From Chiloscyllium plagiosum (lineage: Eukaryota), in assembly GCF_004010195.1 (NCBI RefSeq), contig NC_057755.1:6486184-6550183 (forward strand): DNA of 64,000 nt, given 5' to 3'. This document shows positions 39,027 through 50,405 of the stretch, in pieces. The first letter of the stretch is position 1; each line of letters opens with the position of its first letter. The position numbers were made by a program, and so were the translations under genes. A model generated the notes under the pieces. It worked only from the letters and a program-made list of their open reading frames with translations. It ran no database searches and was not told the DNA's origin.

Positions 39027-39235
39027 CTGATTCAGCTTGCATCTTGACAGCTTTCGCCTTGGCCAACTCCAGGGCTGTGATCCAGCGCTGGCGCTCAACC
39101 TCCGAGCTGGCCTTGAGGTGGTATGTCTGGGCTCCCCCGTTGGAGATGATGAAATTGCACGAGTCCTCCACGGTGATGTTGGCCGTGGCGAGATTTATCG
39201 TCCCGCGGCACGTGTGCCCCATCTCTGCCTGGGTC
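39027..39235 (-). CDS. OSBP: OSBP-like coding exon (PH domain C-terminal part; probably exon 2)
   Basis: Encodes TQAEMGHTCRGTINLATANITVEDSCNFIISNGGAQTYHLKASSEVERQRWITALELAKAKAVKMQAES; acceptor ccaag| and donor |gtaaga; 209 nt. Confidence 0.93.
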
Positions 39236-39319
39236 CTTGGGTGAGGGGGTGGGGAGGGAGGAGAAGGACAGACGGAACAGGGAGGGGCACAGAGAGACCG
39301 GGACAGAGATTAAACACAC

Positions 39320-40245
39320 TATTCAGCTGGAGATGGTCCAGAAGAAACTTACCAGGATGTTACCAGGTACATACGGCTTAAATTATAAAGGAAGCCTGGG
39401 ACTTTTTCCACAGGAGTACAGGAGGTTGAGAGGCAACCTGTTAGAAGTTCATAAAATAATGAGGGGTATAATAGTTAATGGTCGTTGTCTTTTTCCCTAG
39501 GATGGGGATTGCTAGACTGGGGGCTCATTTTTGAGGTAAAAGGTGAGCGATTTAAAAAAGACACGAGGCAAAGGGTATTGTGAAACTTGAAAAGGTTCGG
39601 CAAAGATTTATAATGATGTTACCAGGATTAGTGCTTGGACTCACGGGGAAGGCCGAATAGGCTGGGGGTATTCTCACTGGAGCGGAGGCTCAGGGGTGAC
39701 CATACAGAGATTTATTAAATGAAGGGCAATAGGATGGATAGAGTGAACAGACAAGGTCTTTTCCCCAGGGTGGGGAGTCCAAAGTTGGACGGCATAGGTT
39801 TCAGGTAAAAGGGGAAAGATTTAAGAGGGAGGCAAGGGAGATCATTTTTCACACAGAGGGTGGTGCTTGCATGGAACAAGCTGCCCAAGGAAGTGGAGGC
39901 TGGTACAATGACAGCATTTGAAAGGCATCTGGATGGGTATACGAATACGAACGGTTTAGAGGGATATAGGCCACGTGCTGGAAAATGGGACAAGATTAAT
40001 TGAGGATATCTGGTCAACATGGATGAGTTGGACCGAAGGGTCTGTTTCCACGCTGTACATCTCAATGACTGTAAATGGTGGATGCAGATAGTTACGTGCA
40101 GAAGATATCTTGAAAAAATTGAAGACGAAGAAATGTTTGGATGGATGTAGGCCAAGTGCAGGGAGGTGGGACTAGTTTAGTTTTGGAACCTGACTAGCAT
40201 GGACTGGTTGGACCAAAGAGTCTGTTTCCGTGCTGTATGACCAGA
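39320..40245 (+). mobile_element. Cluster of CR1 3' fragments
   Basis: LEMVQKKLTRMLPG, FTQRVV-like motifs, two copies of the ggaccgaagggtctgtttcc tail. Confidence 0.8.
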
Positions 40246-40267
40246 GTCTGCCTCCCAAATAAGTCAT

Positions 40268-40395
40268 AATTCGGAGATGCCGGTGTTGGACTGGGGTGTA
40301 CAAAGTTAAAAATCACACAACACCAGGTTATAGTCCAACAGGTTTAATTGGAAGCACTAGCTTTCGGAGCGACGCTCCTTCATCAGGTGGTTGTC
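40268..40395 (-). mobile_element. Penelope-like terminal-repeat remnant with a minimal hammerhead ribozyme motif
   Basis: Minus strand reads cac-CTGATGA-a-ggagc-gtc-gctcc-GAAA-gc-TA-gtg; same family as 1104-1295. Confidence 0.65.
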
Positions 40396-40927
40396 AAATA
40401 AGATACTACTTAAAATCTAGTCCCTTTCTTTTGCCATGTTTCGGCTCACCTTGTGAAACCAATCAGGACACATTGTGTTTAAAAACTCCCATGAAGCACA
40501 TTGGGAAAATTTAATGCAACTTGTGACAGACAATTTCCTTAAAGCGTGAAATCCAGTGAGAAACACAAGGTGCTGCAGGAAGGAGGGGAGCTGCAACCCC
40601 TACTGCAGCCACAAGGTGGAGCTGGAGATCAATGAGAAGCTGACTGCCCCCCAGTCTGAGTCCACAGGCGCCCTCTGCTGCTCTTCAGAAAACCTGCATT
40701 TCCCTTCACTGCAACAATTGAATCCTCTCCCCAGGCACTGGATTCCAGGGCACAACTATTCAATGCATGACAAAGTACTTTTATTCCCCCATGGTGCATT
40801 TTCCTCTTTTGCAGTTTTTGTTAAATCCATCTCAATACAAGTGGAGGCAGCCTCCTATTCCATGATATAACAGTATGTCATTTTCCCATGTTACTTTAGC
40901 ATCAAGGATAAAGCATCAAATAAACAG

Positions 40928-41277
40928 TAGATTAGATTAGATTACTTACAGTGTGGAAACAGGCCCTTCAGCCCAACAATTGCACACTGCCCCTCCGAAG
41001 AGCAACCCACCCAGACCCATTCCCCTACATTTACCACTTCACCTAACACTACGGGCAATTTAGCACGGCCAATTCACCTAACCTGCACAATTTTGGACTG
41101 TGGGAGGAAACCCACGCAGACACGGGCAGAATGTGCAAACTCCACATAGTTGCCTGAGGCAGGAATTGAACCCGGGTCTCTGGCGCTGTGCGGCAACAGA
41201 GCGGTGCTGGAAAAGCACAGCAGGTCAGGCAGCATCCGAGGAGCAAGAAAATCGATGTGCCACCGCTGTGCCACCGT
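40928..41277 (-). mobile_element. HE1-like V-SINE with a 62-bp foreign insert in its head
   Basis: Reverse complement SINE with (agatt)n tail; insert at 41197-41258. Confidence 0.82.
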
Positions 41278-41504
41278 TACTCATCTCCAGATACAACCAA
41301 TTGTCAATTTATATCAAGGGCAGGCTCACTGGCTTATGGCTGTCTGCAGAAGAGAATTCCAAAGAAGGAATTCCCACGTCGGCCATGCCCATTATCCGGA
41401 GTCTATGTCCCAAGTTCCAGCAGTGGGAATACAATGGCCCAATCTTTTCCCTGGAGCATTGGAGGCAGAGGGCTGACATCATGAGCAGCATGAATAAAGT
41501 CAAT

Positions 41505-41730
41505 CCCCAATCCATTCACTCAATGTACTTTTTGCTACCTTCTACTCAGCCTCCTCCCCCCCATCTATCTCTCCACCCTAGAGGCTTCGTGCCTCTCTGC
41601 CTGATGAAGGGCTTTTGCCCGAAACGTCGATTTTCTTGCTCCTCGGATGCTGCCTGACCTGCTGTGCTTTTCCAGCACCACTCTGACCTAAACTCTGGTT
41701 TCCAGCATCTGCAGTCCTCACTTTTGCCAA
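41505..41730 (+). mobile_element. Penelope-like remnant (second family) with a hammerhead core
   Basis: CTGATGA-a-gggc-tttt-gccc-GAAA-cgTC at 41601-41628; related copies at 53635-54020 and 61045-61178. Confidence 0.6.
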
Positions 41731-43669
41731 GTTGAAGCTTGTTCCCCAGCGTAGTGGAGGACAAAACTAGAGGACATGGGTTTCAGCTGAGAAGCGAAAG
41801 ATTTAAAAAGTGCTTAATGGGGCAACTTTTTCCACACAAAGCGTAGTGCACGTATGGAATGAGCTGCCTGAGGAAGTGGAGGAGGTTGGTACAAATACAA
41901 CATTTCAGAGGCATTGGGATGGATATATGAGTAGAAGGGTTCAGAATGATATGGGCAAAATGCTAGGGAATGGGACTAGATCAGATTGGGACGTCTGATC
42001 AGTGTGGACAAATTGGACCAAAGTGCCTGTTTCCACACTGCATGACACTGATTCCTGCAGGAATCCTGCGATTCTACTCGTTCAATCTGGCAGGTTTCAA
42101 ATACTTCTATCAGCAACACTCTGCCTGCTCTCAAGAAAAAAAACAAATCTCAATTTCTGTAATGTATCTTTCAGATCAGAGGTTCCTCATCCCGGGAACC
42201 GTTCTGGCGAAGATCACACCCAGAAGTACACACCGTTCAGTTGAGATCTAACAAAGTAGGAGACAATGAGGATTGCAGATGCTCCCAGTCAAAATCAGTA
42301 CATGAGAGAACTGGAAGAGGGTTGCACAGCACCAGAGGAGCAGGAGACAAAACATTGACTCTCCTGCTCCTCGGGTGATGTTTGAACAGACGAGGTCGAA
42401 CAAGCGCCTTTCTCAAGTTCAGCATAACCTTCTTGGCCTTTTTCTACCTCTCCCCACCCAGTTCAAACTTGGCAACTTAGAGGCCTCCTTAATGAAGTTT
42501 AGAAGCCAGCAGCACCTCTCAGCCCCACACAGGAGGTCGAAAAGTGCAGAAGAGATAATGTGTTAAGTGCTCACAAACAGCATCACCCCTGCTACACTGA
42601 TGCCTTTCCATAATGGGAGTGCTTGAACAACTGGAATAGATCAAACATGCACACACATGACCAAGCAACCTTGAAGCTATTAAAACAAGGCCTGTTTACA
42701 CAACAAATGGGCCAAAACTAAAGCAGATGGCACTCGCAAAGCACTGTATTTACACTGTTTCGTGTTGGGATTGGGCACAGGCAGACGGGAAAGGGGGGGG
42801 GGGGGAATGAGAGAGAGAGCGCGCACAAGCGAGCGTGCGAGACAGAGTGTGTCAGATTTGATGGTGACAGAAAGAAATAGACAGGCACAGCAGTCCCTAA
42901 AAATAACCAAAGGCATATGCTCAAATTACAAAATAGCGTCCCTGTCACCTCGGCCAAGAGTTCAAACAATTGATGTCAGTGTTTGGCAGCAGCACTAGCC
43001 GAGGTGCCCGGGAGACTGCATTAGCGACGAGTCGCTTGTCTTGTTGGACGCGGTAAAAGAGACAGAAGGTGAGATCATGAATGCATCGACGCTCAACATG
43101 GCTCACCTCAAGCTCAGTGGGTCAACGCAGTCCCCTGGGAGGGTGCGGGGTACTGAATCCTCCCTCCCTCCCTCCCAGGGTCACACTGTCCGCAGGACTC
43201 CCTGCTGCGGGAAGGGGAAACTTGTTAACTGGACCTTGCAGGGTACACACCTTGTCTCCTGTGGTGCCAGTCACCAAAGTACAAGGCTGGTGAACCAAAC
43301 TAACTCAAGGGCACGGTGGACAAACACGAGGCACGTTTTGAGATCAGAGACTGGAGGCCATTGTGCCCCCAGTGACCGTGGCAGCCCGCTGGATGATTCT
43401 CTCCACGAAGCAGGCTGTTCCTCCATATCCACGATTATTCTGTGAACCTTCTCGACATGGGTAGGGCAAGAAAAACTCAGGGGCAAGCAATCAGCCACCA
43501 TCTGATCAAGAGGTGCATGAGATTCAATAGTATGCTCAGTCTACGTGGCTTTCTTACCAGTTCAGGAACAGGAGGCCATTCAGCATGGTCTGCTATCCAA
43601 AGATATCATCTACCTCAATGCCACTTCCATACTGTATGGTGTTATCATCTCCAGACATGTTCAATTACA

Positions 43670-44545
43670 TAGAACATAGAAAGGTACAGTACAGAACAGG
43701 CCCTTTGGCCCACGATATTGTGCCGAGATTTAATCCTAATATAAAATATTGTAACTTAACCTACGCACCCCTCAACTCACTGCTATCCATGTGCATGTCC
43801 AGCAGTCGCTTAAATGTCCCCAATGACTCTGCTTCCACCACCACAGCTGGAAACGCATTCCATACATTCACAACTCTCTGCGTAAAGAACCTACCTCTGA
43901 CGTCTCCTTTACACCTTCCTCCTAATATCTTCAAACTCTGACTTCTCGTACCAGTCAATCCTGCCCTGGGGAAAAGTCTCTGGCCATTGACTCTATTTAT
44001 TCCTCATTATTTTGTACACCTCGATCAGGTCTCCTCTCTCCCTCCTGCTCTCCGGAGAGGAAAGTCCGAGCTTATTCAACCTTACTTCATAAGGCAAGCC
44101 CTCCAGTCCAGGCAGCATCCTGGTAAACATTCTTTGCACCCTCTCCAAAGCTTCTGTATCGTTCCTATAGCCGGGCGACCAGAACTGGACACAATATTCC
44201 AAGTGTGGTCTCGCCAGGGACTTGTCGAGCTGCAGCAAAACCTCGCCGCTCTTAAACTCGATCCCCCTGTTAATGAAAGCACCATCCGCTTTCTTCACAA
44301 CCCTATCCACTTGGGTGGCAACTTTGAGGGACGTACTTGCACACCCAGATCCCTCTGTTCCTCCACACTGCCGAGAATCCTGACTTTAATCCCATATCCA
44401 GCATTTGAGTTCGACCTTCCAAAATGCATCACTTCGCATTTATCCAGGTTGAAATCCATCTGCCATTTCTCAGCCCAGCTCTGCATCCTACAGTAGCCCT
44501 TTATACTATCGACGACACCTCCAACCTTTGTGTCACCTGCGAGTT
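43670..44545 (-). mobile_element. CR1 LINE 3' fragment
   Basis: WAEKWQMDFNLDKCEVMHFG, LEYCVQFWSP, FFTQRVVNVWN. Confidence 0.88.
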
Positions 44546-46939
44546 TACGAACTATCGATTTACATCAAGACAGTGTCCACAGCTGGCTGCGGAAGAGAAC
44601 TCCAAAGATACACCACCGCCTGACGTGGAGGAATTCGCCCCACCCGAGCCATAACTGGCTTGCCCCGTTTCCTGAAGCGATGTCCTTAGTTCAAGACTCC
44701 ATTATCCAAGGAAAAGTCCTGTTTACCTCTACCCTATCACACCCTGTACGAATTTCACAAATCTCAATGAGATTGTTTAAACACTTGAGAGCACAAGCCT
44801 CATTTCCTCAATGTATATAAACCAATGTTGTAATCCCAGGGATGAGTCTGCTGACATTCATGGTGCGCGCTCCCTGTGGCAAATATATAAGGGACCAATA
44901 AAAATGTACAAAGTCCTCTCATTGCGGTCTCACCAAAGCTCTCTTCAACTGCAACACTTTCTAATCTATATGAGAAGCCCTTTGCTAACATTTTCCTGCT
45001 GCCTTGATTTTTTAACCTGAATGCAAGTTTGTTGCAAGTCATAACAAAAGGAACTGGATGTCAACAGCTCGCATCATTTAAGAAATACTCTGTCTAATTC
45101 ACAATATATTCACCTGCCACGTTAGTGATCGTTCACATACCCTGCCCAAGTCTGCTTCAGATGTCCTCGCACCTTCCTCAAAACATAGATTGCCAACTGG
45201 TTGTGTCAGATTGGAAAATACTCAAGTTAGTCCCAGGATCCAGATCACCCAAAACTAGAGGGCATAGCTTTTAAAGGGAGACAGCCACGGTAGAGAAAGG
45301 ACCTGAGGGGCAAGATTTCCCACACAAAGGGTGGTGTGTGCGTGTGTGTGTGTGGAACGAGCTGCCAAAGTGGTTGGGACGGGTATGATTACAGCGTTTA
45401 AAAGGCATATGGATGGGTACATACATAGGAAGGGTTTAGAGGGATATGGGCCAAAGATAGGAAAACAAGACTGGTTTAGTTTGGGAAAGCTGGATAGCAT
45501 GGACGAGCTTGGCCGAAGGGTCCGTGCTGTCTCTCCCTATTTATGTAGATTGTGAAGAACTTGGGCTTTACTATAGCAGTGACTGCCTATCACCCTGACA
45601 ATTATATGTTCATTCACACTCACCTCTCTCTCGGTTGATAATTCTGCGCTAGTATATAACCTCAAATCCCATGTGCTCTGCTTTTGTTTACTCAACTGAG
45701 AGAGACCTCACCAATAGCCTTCTGAAAATCCCAACACACATCATCCACTGAATCTCTTTTATCTATCCTTGTAAACCACCAATAAGGTTTGGCCCATAGG
45801 AATTCCCTTTCGGAAATCCATGTAGAGTGTGTCCAAATCTGTCGTGCCCAGTTAATAGATTCTAACATTTTCCACACTACTGCCATCCCGCCGAACCCCA
45901 GCCTGTGGTTCTGCTCTCCCATTAATCTCAGTCTGTAAAATCTATAATTTTGAAAGACAGCCACCTATCCAACTTCTATCGTGACAACTATCTCAGTCAA
46001 CATGCTGTCGCTTATTTGGGCTTCAGTAACCATGAATCCAAACAATTCTGTATGAGTACTAAATTCTTTCAACTCCTTCTCTTTTTAAAGTTAGTTTATG
46101 GGATTCGCTGGCAAGGCCACCATTTATTGCCCATTCCCAACTGGCAGAGGAGGGCAGTCAGGACTCATACTGCTGTGGGCCTGGGGTCAGAGAGGCCATA
46201 CTGGGCAGCTTCCTTGCCAGAGGAAGTGGTGGAGGCTGGTGTAATTGCAACATTTAAAAGGCATCTGGATGGGAATATGAATAGGAAGGGTTGGGAGGGA
46301 TATGGGCCGGGTGCTGGCAGGTGGGACTAGATTGGATTGGGGTCGGCATGGACGGGTTGGACCAAAGGGTCTGTTTCCGTGCTGTACATCTCTATGACTC
46401 TATAAAAGGGCATTAGTGAACCCAGGATCGATAACAGTTTCTCGGTGGTCATTAAATCCAGACTTTCAATTCGAAATTTTTCCTTTCGAAACTTGAATTC
46501 GCCATGGCAGGATTTGAACCCGCGTTCCCGGTGTTTCAGGCTTGAGATAATACGAGGTCATTGCTTCGCCATTCCCACAAGTCCATTATTTCTGAGCTTC
46601 TCTTTATCTTCCCTGGGAAGGCAGGCACCAAGCAAGTTGCTGAGTTAGTCCAATATTCCCTGGTTCTCCAATGTCAACTCGCCCACCGCCATGTGTGACG
46701 CCCAAGATTTATCCCAGCTGACTGTTCCTTTTCGCATTGCGAAGGAAGCTTTTGCAATCTGCTTTTATGGTCCTCTTTGGTTTGCATTCATATTCAACTC
46801 AATCTTTTATCAGATTCTGGCTCATTCTGCGCTGGAACCTAAAGTACTCCTAATTCTTCGATTTACCATTTTTTTCTGGCATCTTCCAAGCCAGGACGGT
46901 CAAGGCAGCGCTTGGTACACTTGCCTTTGTCAGTCAGTG

Positions 46940-47520
46940 CATCGAGTGCACGGGTTGGGAGGTCATGTGCAGGATGCGAGTTCGGCCACTTTTGGAATAC
47001 TGCGTGCAATTCTGGTCTCCTTGCTATCGCAAGGATGTTGTTAACGTTGAAAAGGTTCAGAAAAGATTTACAATGATGTCACCAGGATTGGCGGGTTTGA
47101 GCTATCGAGGCTGAATCGGCTAAACATTTTCCCTCCAACAGCGTTGGAGGAGGAGAGGCTAATTTATACAGTTCATTAGGTCATGAGGGGCATAGATGGG
47201 GTGAATAGTCAAGTGCAAAACTAGAGGACACAGGCTTAAGTTTGGGGGGGGGGGGGTGAAGAGAAGAATATATAAAAAGGGACCGAAGAGGCAACTCTTT
47301 CACACACAGGGTAATGCGTGTATAAATGAGCTGCCAGAGGAAGTGGAGGAGGCTGGTACAATGACAACATTTAAATGGCATCAAGATGGGCATACAGATA
47401 AGGAGGGTTTAGAGGGATATGGGTCAAATGCTGGTAAATAGGACAAAATTAATTTAGGATATTTGGTTGGGATGGGCGAGTTTCATCCAAGTGTCTTTTT
47501 CCATGCTGTATAAAGACTCT
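46940..47520 (+). mobile_element. CR1 LINE 3' fragment
   Basis: RPLLEYCVQFWSP-like sequence and 3' tail. Confidence 0.75.
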
Positions 47521-47894
47521 ACACCAATTCCTTTAATTGCAATTCAACTTTCCTGCTGGATATTCCTACAATGCAGCCAGTGAATTGGTTTCCAGCATTC
47601 GTTTGGACAGTAGACTGTAGGCTGCGTGCAAAATTCTGATTCCCTCCCCAAGCCCGCCCTTTTGTAGATCAACTTAAATCCACTTTCGTTAGTTACAGAT
47701 AACTTCCTGCCAGCAACAGCCATGATCCAACCTCTCTGAATTCTGAATTACATCTGCCTTTAACCTACTGTGCTGCAAGGAGAACATCAGCTTTGGTGAG
47801 GGTTTGTCAAGATGCTGCCTGGATGAGAGGGTACAAACTACAAGGAGAGACCAGAAAAACTCCTGTTGTTTTCTCTGGAGCAGCAGAGGCGGAG

Positions 47895-50405
47895 ACTTAG
47901 AACAATACAGCGCAGAACAGGCCCTTCGGCCCACCATGTTGTGCCAACCTGTGAACTAATCTAAGCTCAACCCCCTACACTATCCCGTCATCATCTATGT
48001 GCTTATCCAAGAATTGTTTAAATCTCCCTAATGTGGCGGAGTTGACTACGTTAGCAGGTAGGGCATTCCACGCGCTTACCACTGAGTAAAGAACCTGCCT
48101 CTGACATCTGTCTTAAATCTATCACCCCCTCAATTCGTAGCTGTGCCCCCTCGTACAAGCTGACGTCATCATCCTAGGAAAAAGACTTTCACTGTCTACC
48201 CTATCTAATCCTCTGATCATCTTTCTTGTATGTCTCTCTCAAATCCCCCCTTAGCCTTCTTCTTTCCAATGAGAACAGACCCAAGTCTCTCAGCCTTTCC
48301 TCATAAGACCTTCCCTCCAGACCAGGCAACATCCTGGGAAAGCTCCTCTGCACTTTTTCCAATGCTTCCATATCCTTCCTGTAATGGGGCGACCAGAACT
48401 GTACACAATATTCCAAGTGCAGCCGCACTAGTGTTTTGTATAGTTGCAACTTGACATTACGGCTCCGGAACTCAATCCCTCTACCAATAAAACCCACCAC
48501 ACCGTATGCCTTCTCAGCCCAATTCTGCAGATTATCCAAGTCCCCCTGCAACCTGTAACATTCTTCCACACTGTCCACTANNNNNNNNNNNNNNNNNNNN
48601 NNNNNNNNNNNNNNNNNNNNNNNNNNNNNNNNNNNNNNNNNNNNNNNNNNNNNNNNNNNNNNNNNNNNNNNNNNNNNNNNNGCTGCCTTCTTACAGAAAG
48701 CCAGTTCCTAATCCAAACTGCTAAATCACCCTCAATCCCATGCCTCGGTATTTTCTCCAACAGCCTACCATGTGGAACCTTATCAAAGGCTTTACTGAAG
48801 TCAACGTACACCACATCAACTGCCCTACCCTCATCCATGTTTGGTCACCTTCTCAAAAAACTCAGTAAGGTTTGTGAGGCACGACCTGCCCTTGACGAAA
48901 CCATGTGGACTTCCTGCATGCAACAGTTTGATTGCAGGAAGATTACAAATCCTATCTCTTGTAATCTTTTCCAAAACTTTTCCCACAACAGACGTAAGGC
49001 TCACTGGTCAATCATCCCCTGGGTCATCTCTGCTGCCCTACTTGAACAAGGGCACAACATTTGCAATCCTCCAGACTTCTGGTACTAAACTTGCAGCCAA
49101 TGACGACTCAGGTCAAGGTCAACGGCTCCAACATCTCATCCCCAGCTTCCCAGAGAATCCTCAGATAAATCCCATCCAGCACAGGGACTTGTCTCCTTTC
49201 ACGCCTTCTTGAATCGATAACACCTCTTCCTTACTAAACCACTATCCTTTATCGCCTAATAACCCGTTTCTCATTCTCCTCTACAACATTCTCTTTTTCC
49301 TGAGTGAAAACAGATGACAAATATTTGTTTAGCACCTCTCCGGTCTCCACAGGGTCCACCTTCAACTTCCCACGTCTGTGTTTGACTGGCTCTATTCCTC
49401 CCTAGTCATCCTTTTATTCCTCACATACCTACAGAAAGTTTTAGGGTTCTCCTTAGTTCAACCTGCTGAAGACTGCTCACGTCCTCTCCTTACTCTTAAC
49501 TCTCTCTTTAAATCCTTCCTCGCTAATCTGTAACTTTCCAGCTCATCTGAACCATCACGTCTCAACGTCACAGAAGCCTCCTTCTTCCGCTGAACAAGAG
49601 ATGCAACTTCTTTAGTAAACCACGGTTCCCTTCCCTTATCAATTCCTCCCTATCTGACAGGGACATACCTATCAAGGACACACAATGTCTGTTCCTTAAA
49701 CCAGCTCCATGTTTCGATTGTCCCCATCCCCTGCATTTTGCCACCCCACTCTATGCATCCTAAGTCTTGCCTAATCACTTTATAATTGCTCTTCCCCCAT
49801 CTATAACTCTTGCCCTGTGGCACATACCTATCCTTTTCTATCGCTAAACGTAACTGAATTACAGTCACTCTCTCCAAAGTGCTCATCTGCCACTAAACCA
49901 AACACCTGGCCTGGTTCCTTACCAAGCACCAGATTCAGTGTGGCCTCCCCTCTTGTCGGCCCTTCGACATCCTGTGTCAGGAAACCCTCCTGTACACATT
50001 GGACAAAAAGTGATCCATTCAACGTACTAGAGTTATAGCATTTCCAGTCAATGTTGGGGGAGTTAAAGCCCCCCATAATCACCACCCTGTTCCTTTCACT
50101 CCTACACTGAATAGTTTTGCCAATCTTCTCCTCCACCTCCCTGGAACTCTGCTGAGGCCTAGAAAAAACTCCAGCAGTGTGACCACTCTTCTCCTGTTTC
50201 TAACCTCAGCTTATACTATCTCAGTAGATGAGTCCTCGTGAAAATGTTTTCAGCCACCATTATACCGTCCTTGGCTAACAAGGCCACACCTCCCCCTCTT
50301 TTACCGCCTTCACTGTTCTTATTGAAAGATCTAAACCCTGGAGCCTGCAACATTCATTCCTGACCCTGCTCTATCCATGTCTCCAAAATGGCCACAACAT
50401 CGAGG
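47895..50405 (-). mobile_element. Internally deleted CR1 LINE ORF2 with an N gap
   Basis: APE (VVIMGGFNSPNIDW), RT (VVYVDFSKAFDKVPH), C-terminus (LEYCVQFWSPHYRKD) and 3' tail. Confidence 0.87.
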
